Shown here: piece after piece, positions 13,595 through 26,161 of the stretch
Position numbering within the stretch: the stretch's first letter is position 1
Layout of the letters: each line of letters starts with the position of its first letter
Assembly (NCBI RefSeq): GCF_001194135.2
Contig: NC_068981.1
Span: 96,559,582 to 96,623,581, forward strand
From: Octopus bimaculoides
Lineage: Eukaryota
Reading direction: 5' to 3'
DNA: 64,000 bases
Translations under genes and position numbers: made by a program
Notes under the pieces: model-generated
The model's input: the letters and a program-made list of their open reading frames with translations, nothing else
Told to the model about the DNA's origin: nothing
Database searches by the model: none

Positions 13595-14040
13595 AGGTCA
13601 GAACAGTACTGGCGGAGTATTTTTCATCATGGACAAGTGAATTGTGGAAGAGGGGCCTTGCAAGTCTACCAGATAGATGGAAGAGCATTGTAGAAAATGA
13701 AGGAAAGTATATTTTAGATTGAAAAAGAACTTTGTTTATCTTAATTTTGAAAAATAAAAAGTATTTAAAAAAATGCATTATTTATGGGATGACCCTATAT
13801 ATAAATAAATAAATATATATATATATATAGAAAGAGAGAGTATATATTATACTCTTTCTCTACATATATATATATAATAAAAGACACAGTTAGTGGTACA
13901 CACATTATTCAGTTGAAATTCTGTGTGTCATTGGTATGGTGTAACTTCTGAACACTTTTTCTTCTGTGTAATAGATAAAGTTCTTCATAACTTGCTACCA
14001 GCAGAGCTATCATCACATAGCTTCAAATACTAAAGGGTTA

Positions 14041-14586
14041 CCCTTTAGTGTTTTAACCAGGTGTATCCAGCCATAATATTCAACCCATTTTATGTTAAAA
14101 TCTGCCAGATCCAGCCTCTCACACCTGCCCTCTCTACAATGTTATTCTAAGAGTAAACAATCACATCACTGAAATCTTGACGCTACAAGATAGTAAAAAA
14201 GGGTAAAGACCTTTAGTCATGAATGACCATGAAAAGTTCCCCTCCAAAGCACAAGTCCAAGCAAGGCTGATTATGGAAAACCAACAGTCGCTCATGCATA
14301 GCAGCCTCCCTTCTCTGCACCACGTAAGGGAAAGGCAAAGGCCAATACAGCTTGATACCAGTGACATTGCAACTCATTTCTACAGCTGAGTGAACTGGAA
14401 CAACAAGAAATAACATGTCTTGCTCATGAAAACAACACACAATCCAGTCCAGGAATCAAACTCACTACCTCATGATTGTGAGCCCAATGCTCTAACCACT
14501 GAAGCTACAAGATAATATGTGATTAATTCAAAACAATATGAATGAATAAGCATTACATTTCACAGAGTAATCTGAATGCTAAAGGG
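14041..14586 (-). mobile_element. piggyBac-type MITE interrupted by a SINE
   Basis: ccctttag...ctaaaggg|ttaa termini; reverse-complement homologue of 44795-45014 once 14193-14514 is removed. Confidence 0.8.
14193..14503 (-). mobile_element. Second tRNA-derived SINE family with 11-bp TSD
   Basis: gctacaagata at 14182-14192 and 14504-14514. Head agtggttagagcattgggctcacaatcatgaggtagtgagtttgattcc; related fragment at about 57160-57315(-). Confidence 0.8.
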
Positions 14587-16099
14587 TTAAAGTCCCCAAG
14601 CAAGAAATGCACTGGTGCCTAGCACTAGGTTCCTACAGCCTTTGGACAGTATTGACTAGTGGCATTCATTTCATTTCGATAATGTTTACTGCATCCAACC
14701 ATCTGCTCACAAGCTAATGTGGGAACCTCTATGTAGTGATTTGAGATGCTATATGTAGTAGCCAAATCTCCCTCAAACCACATTATACTATTTTATGAGA
14801 CTGGATAATGAAGTCTGAAGTTCACTGAAAAAAAAGAATAAGAAAAGAGAGACAGAAAAAAACAGGATGGTCATAGTTCAAATGTTTTTATCATAGGTGT
14901 GCTCAATCAGAAGTGAGTAAAGATTAAACAACTCTTTGCTTGTTGTTACTCATATTTCAGTCTATTAAGTACCAAAGTCCAACCATTCCATCTCAATTCA
15001 TTCTCTTTTCAAGCTCTGATATAAATTGTACCATTCTTATTCATCCTCTACAATTCAATAATTCAACAGCACCCACCCCACAGCTTTGCCTCATACAACA
15101 ATAAAATGGACTAGCAAGTTCTGCATGGTGAACTGAATCTGAGAACTAAAACCTGATTTGTGACAGCTACTTAATACTTATATTGTAAAATTTTAATATA
15201 GGAGGATACACGCAGTACTAACTACTAAGTTAATTACTTTCTAAAGCTTGTCAAGTTGGATTATTCAATATGACAAACTAAGACAGAAACAAAAATGAAT
15301 GCCTTCATTGAGACCATATTATTTATCTATGAGAAAGTGTTCATAGAGGCCCACAGAAATAATACAAATACACTCAGACATGCCATTAAGGAAGAGACAG
15401 TTTATTTTTGTGTTTTTGTCTCTCTTTTTTTTTATCTGAGGATAAAAGGACAGCGGTGGACATGAGTTTCTGCCTCAATAGGTATCATCAGTACAGCAGT
15501 TGTCCTACCAGTAGACATATACAAAAAGAGTAGAGAACATTTTATGGCCTAGAGCAATTTACATAATTAGAACAAAAATGGGCTAAGAGAAATAACACAG
15601 AGTGGCCAATGACATGAATTTGGACAACAAAAAATGCATGAAAGATATATTAAATACCATGCAAGATACATTTACATTAGCACAAATACTATTTTAAAGA
15701 TAGAGTATTTGGCATTGACCTTGGGTTTTGAATATAGGAATAAATTAGTGTAGATCATTCATTCAGTTACACATACATGCATTCATAAATACATGGTGAC
15801 TGCTCCATCTTCACAGATGCTTGCTGTCTCCTTGTTCTTACTCAGTGTCAATTGTCTAAAGTGTCCATTTAAAAAAAACGATAAAAGAAACCGATAAAAT
15901 AAGTATCAGGCTTTACAAAAAAATAATAAGACCTGAAACCGAATCATATGACTAAAATTCTTCAAGGAGGTGCACTGACCAAAAAATATGTATCTGTATA
16001 TCTGTTAATGGAGTGAATTTATTAATCTAAGTATACAGTATTGAAACTCCTTTACAGCCGATCTTACCAATCAGTTGTAATGGATCTATAATACTGCAT

Positions 16100-16117
16100 A
16101 CTTTGATTTATATGTGC

Positions 16118-16208
<91 letters not shown>

Positions 16209-16212
16209 TACA
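16100..16212. repeat. Long (TA)n-(CA)n microsatellite
   Basis: Read directly. Similar compound arrays at 11277-11322, 31490-31607, 55170-55240, 55762-55860 and 58014-58058; (GA/TC)n at 6614-6642 and 16332-16362. Confidence 0.97.
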
Positions 16213-16330
16213 TTAAGAAGTTAGGACGTGATTTGAAGGAGATTTAGCTCCTATTTTTCATTTGTATATGTGAGAGAAAAAAAGGGAAGAGGTACTAAAA
16301 AAAGACAAAAGAATATGCAAAAAAAACTGT

Positions 16331-16368
<38 letters not shown>

Positions 16369-19300
16369 TTATAAACTCATACAATATCAAATGAAAAGGT
16401 CGACATGAATTCTGATAATTGTTTTATCCCAAGTTAGCCCAAATCGAGTATGCTCATGATGAAATAGGTTTCATCCTTGACCTCCACCCTGTATTTCTGC
16501 ATATCCAAGATTACATTATCCAATGTGTACATTCTTAGAGACGTTGTGACATTATCTGTTAAATTTGACTGCTATTTCTAGCAGGTCGAGCAACGCGTAA
16601 AAGTTTCTTTTGTTGGTTCGTTCTATTCCATTAGCTTACTCATATGCGGAAAGGAAGAATGTGGGAAGAAGCTATTCGAAGCTTTCTCTATATATTTGTC
16701 TTTTCCCTTTTCTTTCTCTCTCCCTTTAAAAACTTTTAACAAGTAGTGACGCATTCTTTCATTCAAGTTACTGTTGTCAATAGCGACAGTCATCGCTACT
16801 GTGGTATGCCTTTAATGTTTGTTAAAGATCTCCCATACAAATTTCCACCCGAAAATAATTCAATACATGATAAAAAGATTAAAGGCGCCTAGACTGCAAT
16901 AGGAAAAAAAAAATGAGGAAGACAGAGAAAGAGAGCTAGTGAAACAAAAAGAATCGTAAAAAAAATGTTTTAAACATTTTCTAGTAGACGAAATAACCTC
17001 GACGACCTTCCATGTTGATCAGATATCAATTTTTCTAATTATTTCTGAGGTGTCATACATAACAGTGGTACCACCATCAGCTGAACGAAGTAGATAACTA
17101 CAAGCTACCAATTACATCCCATATCATACTTTTATCTAGCATATTCATCCAATTTTAAAAGAATTTGGATGCCTCCCATGTATCAATGATCTATTTGCAC
17201 CGCTTCTAACAACGATCACTGTTACGCACCCTTCATTCTGCTCTTATCTTCCCGAACCACGTATCATCCTCCAGCAATCTAAACACCACACGCCAAACAT
17301 GCATAGATTCCATAAATGGAAGTCTTGAGAGCAGCCTAACCGTATCAAGAAAACATCACCTCCAAAAACTGAATGGCACTCAGTTAGAGCCCCCAGTCAC
17401 TCCAAATGGTGGGCCTCACTATCACCGCGAATCTCTCTTGGCAAAAGCACGCCCTTATCATAGCTTGGAAATGCATTTCAAAGACTAGCTCATCTCTTTT
17501 GACAAGAAGATATTTAAACCAACGACAGTTGCTGAAACTATAAAACCTACTCTGAAGTTCTACTCCCACATCTGAGGCGGTGGTCTGTATTCAGAAAAGT
17601 GTCACTCGACTGATTGGAACTCCATTACTAACAGACTTACCCCAGCCTCTATTTCTTTTCTGCCACTACTATAACAACCTTCGCCCTTCGGAAATGGCTA
17701 GTCTTGTATCTCCACCACTCAGGCAACTCTGACCCACTCGTTTTTCCACTGATCCGGCACTCTGGTGTATCTAATTCCTTCTCTTCGTACTAACTGCTAA
17801 AACCCGAAAACATTGGCTCTCTGAAATCTCTCCACTCACGTCTTTCTTGCGAGTATTAACCTGCAACAGCTTAAATAACGGAACAGTCTCGTCGAGTCTG
17901 CAAAAGCCATGGGCTCTGTCTCTTCCTCCAGACTCGACAAGTAAACACACATACATAGGTCGTATAACTGTGTGCAGGCTCCTCCGCTGCTGTGTTTTAA
18001 CTAACCAAAGCTAGCCCGGCTCCGCTGTAGTCTACATTAGAATTTGCGAACATACTAAGACTGTCCAAACTGCGACACTTCACCCCATGTGCTGCATAAC
18101 AGTATCTTGAAATGCGCAGTATGTTCTCAACTAAGCAGAGAATCATTGTGTATCATTCGCTCGTTGTTCCATCACAATAAAGCTGTTATCGAAAAACAAG
18201 TTCCAACAATAAATTTTGGAGCGTTACACTTCGTCGAAATTAAAGTCTATCTGGAAGCGTAGTTATTTTATCTGGTTGAAAACCAATTGCGTCGTTTCTC
18301 TTACAATAATTGTGTGAAAGATACTGTAGAAACAGAAGGGTATATCTAATACATAAGTTATGCTTCGAATTAATGGGTGTTCGCATAAATTCTAATTTAA
18401 AATAGGGTTGCCACACGTCCGTATTTTCCAAAACATGTCTTGGATTCAGGTGTCAAATTTTGTATCCAGAAATGTTTACAAGTCTCCAAAAGTCCAGAAT
18501 TTCAGCCTTCTGCTACTTAGAAATTTTACACACACACACACACACAATAAATTTGTATTCTACAAAAGTATAGAGTAACCCATCAGACTAATGTAAAATG
18601 GTTTTTATTATAACTAAAAACAAACATTAATGCGCATTGGATGAGGATACAGTGGTGTCCTAGATTCTGGCTGTTCAGATATCTTTTACTGGTTGATTCA
18701 GTTATTAGATATCCTGGTGAACCACCTTGAAGGGTGTTTTTAGTCGAAAGAATCGCCCCCCCCCCCACAATTTATTTTTAAGCTTGGTACTTATTCTCTT
18801 TGGCCGAACCGCTATGTCATGGGGACGTAAAGAAACCAACCAACACTGGTTGAGATGGGGGACAAACATAAACACAAAGACACATAAACATATATACATA
18901 AGGCCTTGGTCGGCCGGCGATATAATAAAAGACAATAGCCCAAAGTGCCACACAGCAGGACTGAACCCGGAACCATGTGATTGAGAAGCAAACTTCTCAC
19001 CATAAAACCATACCTGCGACTATGGCAATACTAATTTCGGAAATTTCCCACCATTTTTTCTCTCATTTTAATTTTAAAATGCCGATTTTTGCCAAATTTT
19101 TTTGCAGATTCGTATTCTCCGTAGCCGAAAACGGGGTTTTGTGAAGAAAAAAATAAAAGTTTTAAAGGGGGNNNNNNNNNNNNNNNNNNNNNNNNNNNNN
19201 NNNNNNNNNNNNNNNNNNNNNNNNNNNNNNNNNNNNNNNNNNNNNNNNNNNNNNNNNNNNNNNNNNNNNNNNNNNNNNNNNNNNNNNNNNNNNNNNNNNN

Positions 19301-20293
19301 NNNNNNNNNNNNNNACAAAAGGAAATCTTGGGGTGGTACAAAAGGAAGTCTTGCCCTAATTTCAAAATAATAAATCCAACTGTCAACTTTACCCCACGCA
19401 AACTTCGAATATAAACTTTAGGGCAACTGTAACTTATATAAACAATAACATTTGCAAATTAGCGTTTTCACATTTGGAAACGATAACACATCTTGTTTGT
19501 CATTTCATCTTTCTGTATCATTTTGATGTATATCGAAATTAAACATCGCGTCTATAGATAGGCAGTTACAATAGATAACTTGAAATACTAATTGGTTTAA
19601 TATTCACATTGCTAGATAGTTTCTTTCCCTTTAAATTTAACTCGCGAATGTGTTTATTGATGAAGGTAAGATGGCAGTGCAGACTTGCGTCTATGAATAC
19701 ATTGAAATGAAGTAATCTGAAGCAGTCTTTGGTAAACATTTAAACATGCTTTATGTTGAATCAAATATACACCTAACACAGAAATACCGTCTTTACAGAC
19801 AGAAAGCATTAAATATGAAAATGGTGCAAGCGAGAAAACGTAAGACACGACTAGCTCAATTAACACACGCGCACAAAAAAAAAATCACTGTAGTTAGCTA
19901 TAAAAATGTGTAGCTTTTCATAATCATTATTGATTTATACTTTTCACTAATTAGATCTTTATTCTCATTTTATTATTAAAACATTAAATGTGAAAAAGAA
20001 ATAAAACTATAACAGTTACATTTATAGAATAAAAACTAAATAGTAAAGATCGACTGTATTTTCAAGAGAAAAAAATGACATTTTATTTAAAATTCGAAGG
20101 GAACTATTTGAAAACTACGTATGAACATGCCTTTATTACTGCTAGATATTGATTTTAAAACATGTAAATGTGCAACAGAAAAGTCTAGCTAAGTAGAAGG
20201 CACACATCACAACTATTGCTAGAGAAAAAAAATCCTCTTCGTTATAGTAATAACAAATTCAGTCAATGAACTGTCCATGCTAGGACATAACCT

Positions 20294-20879
20294 GGATCTT
20301 TTTTAAAACGGGGGCCACATTTTTCATTAATGTTTTACGTAGTGTTTTTGGTAGCGAAAGACTTTCAAACTTCGTATACTTATCTATTTTGTGTTATAGA
20401 ACAGAAAAATATTTTTGTATTCGAATTTATTTCATGTAAAAAATTGTCTTATTTCGATAATTTCAACCAATCACTGACAAGTATTCAGTTGTTTACATTT
20501 ACTCCTTTGGCTCACTAAGCGATGTAAAGCGTATTTAATCTCCATACCTTTGTTTTATTTGCTTTTTTCATTTTAAATTTGCTTTAACCCTAACCCTAAC
20601 CCTAACCCTAGGGTTAGGGTGAGAGTTAGGGTTAGGGTTAATTGTTTCAGAATCGTTTGTTTATGTAGTCGGCACTTAATGTATATCGGTTGAATGGACG
20701 TCAGTGATTGGTTGAAATTACAGAAATACGACAACTTTAACATGGAATAATTTATGGATTTCTTTTTTTTTTAAGAAGACTAAGAGAAAAAGATGTTTTA
20801 TATGACACAATCTACCAGTGTTCCAAGTTTCAAAGTGTTTCGTTAATGAAAAATGTGGCCCCCGTTTTAAAAAAGATCC
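20294..20879. mobile_element. MITE with 37-bp perfect TIRs, 8-bp TSD and internal telomeric repeats
   Basis: CATAACCT at 20286-20293 and 20880-20887; TIR GGATCTTTTTTAAAACGGGGGCCACATTTTTCATTAA. GG termini plus an 8-bp TSD fit Merlin best (hAT not excluded). Confidence 0.88.
20585..20640. repeat. Inverted interstitial telomeric repeat (CCCTAA)4-(TTAGGG)~5
   Basis: taaccctaaccctaaccctaaccctagggttagggtgagagttagggttagggtta read directly. Confidence 0.95.
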
Positions 20880-22462
20880 CATAACCTTCTAGTCGGTTAG
20901 GACAGCAGTACTTATTTTACCGATGTCGGAAGAATGAATGATAGAAGTAAACTTGGGTGGGATTTGAACTCAAAACGTAAAGTGACATGACATTATGACG
21001 CTAGATGTTTTGCCAAGCGCTCTGCCGATTCTGCCATCGTCTAAGTATCTTGAAAGTGACACAAGTGTCCAGGCTTAATCTGAAAGCCATAATGTGACAG
21101 TACAAAACGAAAATAAGGTTATACTATAAATGCTATCTAAAAAAAAAGGTATTGTGGAATAGAGGAAAAAAGAATGAGCAGAGAATAACCTTAGTCTTCT
21201 TTCTTTTTATTGCTAATATCAAGAGGGGAACGTAACATAACCCAGTAAAGTAACAATAACACATAATAGGCGACATCCTCAGGTAATTAGACGGTCAATC
21301 CTGGCGGAAATGCACTAAAGTTAAAATCCTATCTGGTATTTTTCATTGTACAATCAAACAAGACACTAGTGACAACTGTAAATCTGGAAAATAGTTGTCC
21401 GTTTTATTTTTCACTCGATAACTCAGTGACTGATGTTGGTAGGAACATTCAACTGTGGAAAATGTCTCCAACAATTCTTATGTAAATATCCCAAATTTAT
21501 AGCACTGTCCAATTCATATCAGCAAAGAAAGAAAATATTTCAAGAAAGAAAAACATTTATAAAATAAATACGTCAATTAACCAGACCGGTAAGGCTCACG
21601 AAGAAGATTATTAAAGAAAGCAGTGGACAGCAGAAGTAGTAGCCACTGGACAATTTGCCATCCTCTACATTTACATCATGCAAACTACAGATCAGAAATT
21701 AATCTCGCTAAATATCTAAGCCATCTCAGCTGTTCAGGTTATACGCTTCGTTTTAAATGGTAGCATATGTGCTTACATAGAATCACTACTCATCTTGAAA
21801 TCAGGAAAAATGAAAAATTTTAGCTCAATCTCTCTTTCTTATTAATCTTATCTGCTGTCTTAACTACTTTCCATTCAACTCTTCTAACAATCAGGAGCTA
21901 TTCTTGCACAGACATCTATCTCACTTTACCTATACTTGCTGGTTTTAACGCACACAACTTCATAGTTGTGACATCCAACAGTGGCACATAGAAACTCTAT
22001 CTTTCTCATAGCTACATTTGACACACTGACACTCCAAATAATTGGTTTATCTCTTTCTCATACTTGTCGCCATCCTTTATTCCTCCTCCTATTCCTACTA
22101 CTGTCCCATCAGATTGTCTAAACACAGCCTAATCAAAGCAACACATCTCACATATTCCTACTGCAAAACACTCCCTCTGAGCCAGTAAACCGCTCAGGGC
22201 TATACAAATTCTAGGCTGACTACTCTTGACAGCAAATGAGGTTCATGCACACCCTCCTGAGACAGCCGTCTTAATATGTTTCTCTAAGTTCTTCATATAA
22301 CCATGCACTGCATCAGTGTACAAACTCAGAATACTGCATTCAACACTTAGATGATGCACCCAGTGCAGTCAACTGGAAGTCATTTAATGACACCACATGC
22401 AAATGTGAAAGAATTCCTCTGTGCTCTTGTCTCCCAAATTGCAGGAGAGCTTTCTAGGCCAT

Positions 22463-23249
22463 TGCTTTGAGAATTTTGTTTTCTTTACGGGAGCATAAAA
22501 GAGGGATGTGACTTTTCCAGTACTTAGTACTCTCAACTAAACTGGTTCTATAAGTAGCACTCTTGCCACTATTTATGCTTTTAACACTACATTCACACAA
22601 CAAAACTCCTCCTAAATTCTCCACCTCCATGCAAACAGTGAACACATGTGAAAACTTCTCTGATCACAGCAAATCAACAAGGTGATTGGTTCCAACAGTA
22701 TCCTTTTCATTGCCCACAAATAGCATGCTCCAGAGATAGCTCATATCTTTGGCAAACTTTTCAATCTTTTTCTCCAATTTATGAAGACTTACTATCAACG
22801 TATCATGTTCCCACCCTACATCTTAAACATGTTAACCATCATTAATATAGCTATCTTCTTCATGTTGAATCATTTCTCCCTCTTCAGTAACCATCAATAT
22901 AGCTTTAAAAAAGCCAGACTGCTGGGGAATTATTTCTCTAAGTCATACATCAATGATCTCTCATCTTTGACAACTTCAGTAAAATTGATGTTGTTCTTGA
23001 CATCAATAACATTTTTAACAAAGCCTAACATGAGAACTTCTGAGCAAAGTAAGCTACCATTTCCTGTCACAATGCTCTATTGTGGCATGTTCTGGTAATA
23101 AACAATAGTTGACATGTCAGAACTGCATATCATCAGCTTTTCATTCTAGTTTTAATTATTTCACTTAGGTCACTAATGTTCTTGAGAAAAGCAGGAAAAG
23201 TCACATCCTTCTTTTATGCTCCCATAATGAAAACAAATTTCTCAAGGCA
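22463..23249. repeat. 56-bp inverted repeat pair flanking ~675 bp
   Basis: 22463-22518 versus the reverse complement of 23194-23249 differ at 5 of 56 positions; outer ends TG...CA; no TSD seen. Confidence 0.85.
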
Positions 23250-23483
23250 GCAGGAAACTACTATAGAATACATTTCCTGAGAAATAACAAAATCATCGCA
23301 AACAATATTCAAAAACAAACATTTAGTGTTGCAAAGGTGACCAGCCTTTTAGGCAGAAAAGGAGTAGAGGAAAAAGCAAATACAAAAACGATGATATCGA
23401 AAATATTTATTAATGTTATGGAGTTAATGGTAAAATATAGTTTGTACAGACATCATTTTATGCCAAACAACCTAGAGAAAATT

Positions 23484-25858
23484 TGTGAGAGAGAATTGTG
23501 ATGTCGTAGGAGAGAAATGTGTCCACGTGGATGACGGCTCACTTGCATTTAATGAGGCTACAAGGAGAGAGACTTGGAGACGCCACTATGAAAGGTTGCT
23601 AAATGAAGAGAATGAATAGGAGAAAGAGAGTCTGTTGAATGTCGATCCAACAAAGAGACCAGCTATCCGAATTGACAGTACCTTGGTAGATAAAGCAATT
23701 AAGGGTATGAAGACAGAGAAAGCCCCCGGCCCATCAGGAATCACTGCAGAGATGCTAAAAATTTCTGGTGGTGTTGGCTATAGTCTAATCACCCATATAG
23801 TCAATCAGGTGATACATGAAAGAATCATACCCAATGACTGGTGTAGCAACACCATAGTCAACTGCTACAAAGGTAAAGGTGATGCATTAGGTACAAATAA
23901 TTAGAGCTATCAAGTTATTGGATCAGGTAATGAAAATCATGGAGAGGGTCATAGTCCAACTAATTAGGGAGAGAGTCAGTTTAGACGAGATGCAGTTTGG
24001 GTTTGTGCCTGGGAAAAGCACCATTGATACTATATTTCTAGTAAGACAGCTGCAGGAGAAATACCTAGCCAAAGATAAACCTCTGTACCTAAGCTTTGTT
24101 GATATGGAGAAAGCCTTTGGCAGGGTCCCCCGATCCCTTATCTGGTGGTCAATAAGGAAACTAGGAATAGATGAATAGTTAGTGAGAGCTGCACAAGCCA
24201 TGTACAAGGATGCTGTCAGTAAGGTGAGGCTTGGCAACGAGTACAGTGAAGAATTCCGGGTAGGGGTAGGGGTCCACCAAGGATCAGTCCTCAGCCCCCT
24301 CTTATTCATCATAGTCCTCCAGGCAATAACAGATTCAAGACAGGATGCCCCTAGGAGCGTCTCTATGCTGATGACCTTGCTCTAATTGCTGAATCACTAT
24401 CAGAACTAGAGGAGAAGTTTCGAGTATGGAAGCAAGGGCTAGAATCGAAGGGCCTTAGAGTCAACCTAGCAAAAACCAAAATCTTAATAAGTAGGAAGGC
24501 AGACAAACCACAAATCCCTGTTCGATCTGTAGAAAAGGTGTAGGTAGAAACTCCATAAAATGTACCCAGTGTATGCTATGGATACATAAGAAGTGCAGCA
24601 ATATCAAAGAAAGGCTAACTAGGAAGATAGTTTTTTTGTGTGGCAAATGCTCAGGAGCAATAAACACTGAAAATATGCAGACAACAGCTTCCGCCACATT
24701 CCAGGAAAAAAAAACTACAAGTAGTTGATAGCTTCCATTATCAAGGTGACCAAGTCAGTAGCAGGGGTGGGTGTGCTGTAAGTGTAGATGCTAGAATAAG
24801 AATAGCCTGGGCAAAGTTCAAAGAGCTCCTACCTCTGCTGGTGACAAAGGGCCTCTCGCTCAGAGTAAAAGGGAGACTGTATGACGCATGTGTACGAACA
24901 GCCATGCTACATGGCAGTGAAACAGGGGCCGTGACTGCTGAGGACATGCATAAGCTTGCAAGGAATGAAGCTAGTATGCTCCGATGGATGTGTAATGTCA
25001 GTGTGCATACACGATAGAGTGTAAGTGCCCTGAGAGAAAAGTTGGACTTAAGAAGCATCAGATGTGGTGTGCGAGAGAGACGACTGTGCTGGTCTGGTCA
25101 TGTGTTGCGAATGGATGAGGACAGCTGTGTGTAAAAGTGTCACATTCTAGCAGTAAAAGGAACCTGTGCAAGAGGTAGACTCAGGAAGACCTGGGATGAG
25201 GTGGTGAAGCACAACCTTCGAACATTGGGCCTCACAGAGGTAATAACAAGTGACCGAGACCTTTGGAGATATGCTGTGCTTGAGAAGACCCGGCAAGCCA
25301 AGTGAGACTGTAACCGTGGCCTATGCCAGTGCAGAATAACTAGCCCATTTAAGAGTACCTTTCAATTATTGGGCAGTAAACTGCACTTGCGAAGACCTGT
25401 TGAGGCAAGTGAAATTGTTGTCATGGCCGATGACAGTACCACTTGATTGGTGTGATCATTGCCAGTACTGCCTGACTGGCTCCCATGCCAGTGGCACATA
25501 AAAAGCACCATTTGAGTGTGATCATTGTCAGTGTCACCTGACTGGCTCCTGTGCCGATGGCACGTAAAAAACACCATTCAAGCAAGGTCCTTGCCAGTGT
25601 CATCTAAGTGGCTCTTGTGTCAGGGGCACGTAAAAAGCACTATTTAAGCATGGTTGATGCCAGTACTGTCTGGCTGGCCCTCATGCCGGTGGTATGTAAA
25701 AAGCACCCACTACACTCGTGGAGTAGTTAGCATTAGGAAGGGCATCCAGCTGTAGAAACTCTGCTAGATCAGATTGGAGCCTGGTGCAGCCTTCTGTTTC
25801 GCCAGCCCTCTGTCATACCATCCAACCCATGCCAGCATGGAAAGCGGATGAATGATGA
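23484..25858 (+). mobile_element. 5'-truncated RTE-clade LINE with complete 3' end
   Basis: KAPGPSGITAEMLK, QFGFVPGKST...FVDMEKAF, GVHQGSVLSPLLFIIVL and YADDL with scattered stops and frameshifts. The 3'UTR has ~63-bp tandem units and ends catggaaagcggatg..atgatga. Confidence 0.93.
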
Positions 25859-26099
25859 AAACAGGACAATGTTCTAGCTTTATATTTTGAATGTTTTTCT
25901 TATGAGTCCCTTGCAGGTTGTTTGCAACAAGTATGTATATTTGAAAGAATTGGTCAAGAAAAGAAGTTTAGAATAGAATTTGTTGTCTGATGGGCAGTGT
26001 AGAATTGGAAGAGAAAAGGGTCAGGAATGCTAAACCTATCTAATATCAGGAGTATTCTGTAAGGCTAGTCAAGGTCCACTTAGCAACAGATCAAAAGAC

Positions 26100-26161
26100 C
26101 TGGCTCTAGGAAATACAATACATATTTTCTCTGGCTCTAGGAAATACAATACATATTTTCT
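26100..26161. repeat. Perfect 31-bp tandem duplication
   Basis: ctggctctaggaaatacaatacatattttct x2. Confidence 0.95.

Larger units (their letters stand above)
11323..13797 (+). mobile_element. Full-length decayed mariner (DD34D), split by a 1.2-kb insertion
   Basis: TIRs ttgggtcatcccataaataa / ttatttatgggatgacccta with TA flanks. Motifs IVTGDEKWVLY, VWWDMKG, FHQDNAWPH, PDYHLF and LPDRWKSIVENEGKY. About 1.25 kb once 12388-13610 is removed. Confidence 0.93.

Noticed and set aside
17050-17930. Minus-strand segment with an acceptor (17841) and a GGG|gtaagt donor (17640), considered as MNT exon 5
   Set aside because: The frames I tested stop early and show no heptad zipper. Weak endonuclease-like snippets suggest an old LINE remnant, too degraded to call.
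20585-20640. Telomere-telomere fusion scar
   Set aside because: The orientation is (CCCTAA)n(TTAGGG)n, opposite to a fusion, and it sits inside a TSD-flanked MITE.
21950-23100. Coding-like minus-strand frames (e.g. ORF 22454-22645)
   Set aside because: Multiple stops, no recognisable motif, and the ORF runs through an inverted-repeat arm.
25400-25720. CRISPR-like repeat-spacer pattern
   Set aside because: The units are degenerate whole tandem repeats within an RTE 3'UTR; eukaryotic context and no cas genes.
25917-25930. Plus-strand 14-nt microexon (ttgcag|GTTGTTTGCAACAA|gtatgt)
   Set aside because: No partner exons or gene context; such matches arise by chance.
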